From a virus (taxonomy: Duplodnaviria; Caudoviricetes), in IMG/VR virus record IMGVR_UViG_3300043112_000004, positions 1 to 34,776 of that record: a stretch of DNA of 34,776 bases. One strand, given 5' to 3'. This document shows positions 34,154 through 34,776 of the stretch, in pieces. Each line of letters begins with the position of its first letter. Position 1 is the stretch's first letter. Position numbers and translations under genes: made by a program. The notes below the pieces were generated by a model. It had not been told where the DNA came from. It ran no database searches and saw only the letters and a list, made by a program, of their open reading frames with translations.

Positions 34154-34466
34154 ACAACCCCAGGATTATTTTTAAGTGGTGGTCTTGGTGTGCTGTGTTT
34201 TGTGGAATCGAAATCACTTGATACATTTTTCCGTCGTATTTGACGTATGAATCAATTCCGATCGTAGCCGTTACAGGACAATACATTTTGTATACCGCTG
34301 AATACTCGTTTTTGTCGTTATAGACACGCTCTGCCGTTGAATCATGCTTGATATAGGCTTGTACATCCTCGACCTTTGTAAGCACTCTGGTCAATTCGCC
34401 AAACGTTCCTTTGGTGTCTGCCACGGAATAGATTTCTGCCGCTGAATAGTAACATTCAATTGCCAT
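34140..34466 (-). CDS. Head-closure protein (SPP1 gp16-like)
   Basis: Position between connector and gp10-like gene; C-terminal HHLKIIL. Confidence 0.75.
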   Translation of the reverse strand: MAIECYYSAAEIYSVADTKGTFGELTRVLTKVEDVQAYIKHDSTAERVYNDKNEYSAVYKMYCPVTATIGIDSYVKYDGKMYQVISIPQNTAHQDHHLKIILGLFEDD

Positions 34467-34776
34467 CTTACCACCCCAGTTTCTTGTAAGGACTTAGTTT
34501 TTTGTCAAACACAGATTGCCATGAGCCGTCTTTTGCAAAGGAAACAGAATAATCATCGATTGATTCAGACTGGATGCCATCTTTTTCAGTGAATGCTGAA
34601 ATCTCTGTAACCAACTCAAGAAACTCTTTTGGCGGTGACATTGATTCAAGGCAAACAATCTCGTCTGTATCTTCTGTATCCATTATACCATCAACGGTAA
34701 GCGTGTCGCTTGCGACGTCTGTGATGAGATACACGCCATCATTCAGGTAGCTGTTTGTTACATGCAAGTATTGTCC
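34232..34776. repeat. Imperfect terminal direct repeat, copy 2
   Basis: Matches 1..545 at offset 34231. Confidence 0.95.
34468..34776 (-). CDS. Head-tail connector, second variant copy (5' part off window edge)
   Basis: Near-identical protein to 237..662 with C-terminal differences (CL/CI, GIQ/GVQ, FDKKLSP/YANKLGP). Confidence 0.75.
   Translation of the reverse strand, partial: GQYLHVTNSYLNDGVYLITDVASDTLTVDGIMDTEDTDEIVCLESMSPPKEFLELVTEISAFTEKDGIQSESIDDYSVSFAKDGSWQSVFDKKLSPYKKLGW

Overview
Near-complete genome of a small tailed siphovirus-like phage, probably infecting a Bacillota host (sigmaA-type promoters, strong GGAGG RBSs, SPP1/PBSX-like packaging genes). The inferred circular unit is about 34,231 bp. 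Essentially all genes are on the minus strand. In transcription order the modules are: tail (34466-27641), an atypical lysis cassette (27631-26102), early/replication/recombination genes with two orphan MTases and a mini-subtilase (25959-14457), a nucleotide-metabolism cluster, a structured non-coding region plus tRNA-Asn, terminase/portal/head genes with a moron, and head-tail connectors. The standout feature is a diversity-generating retroelement (DGR) in the head module. It has a 763-aa target with a C-terminal variable repeat (2015-2118), a perfect 8-bp hairpin and a template repeat (1834-1937; 20 of 21 mismatches at TR adenines). Its reverse transcriptase is deleted down to motif 7 plus thumb and no avd is visible, so it is frozen or dependent on an RT in trans. 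The window ends overlap (1-545 vs 34232-34776) but only the last 122 nt are identical, suggesting a second related phage variant in the assembly. No integrase or divergent repressor was found. All functional calls are from motif recognition by eye; no database searches were run.
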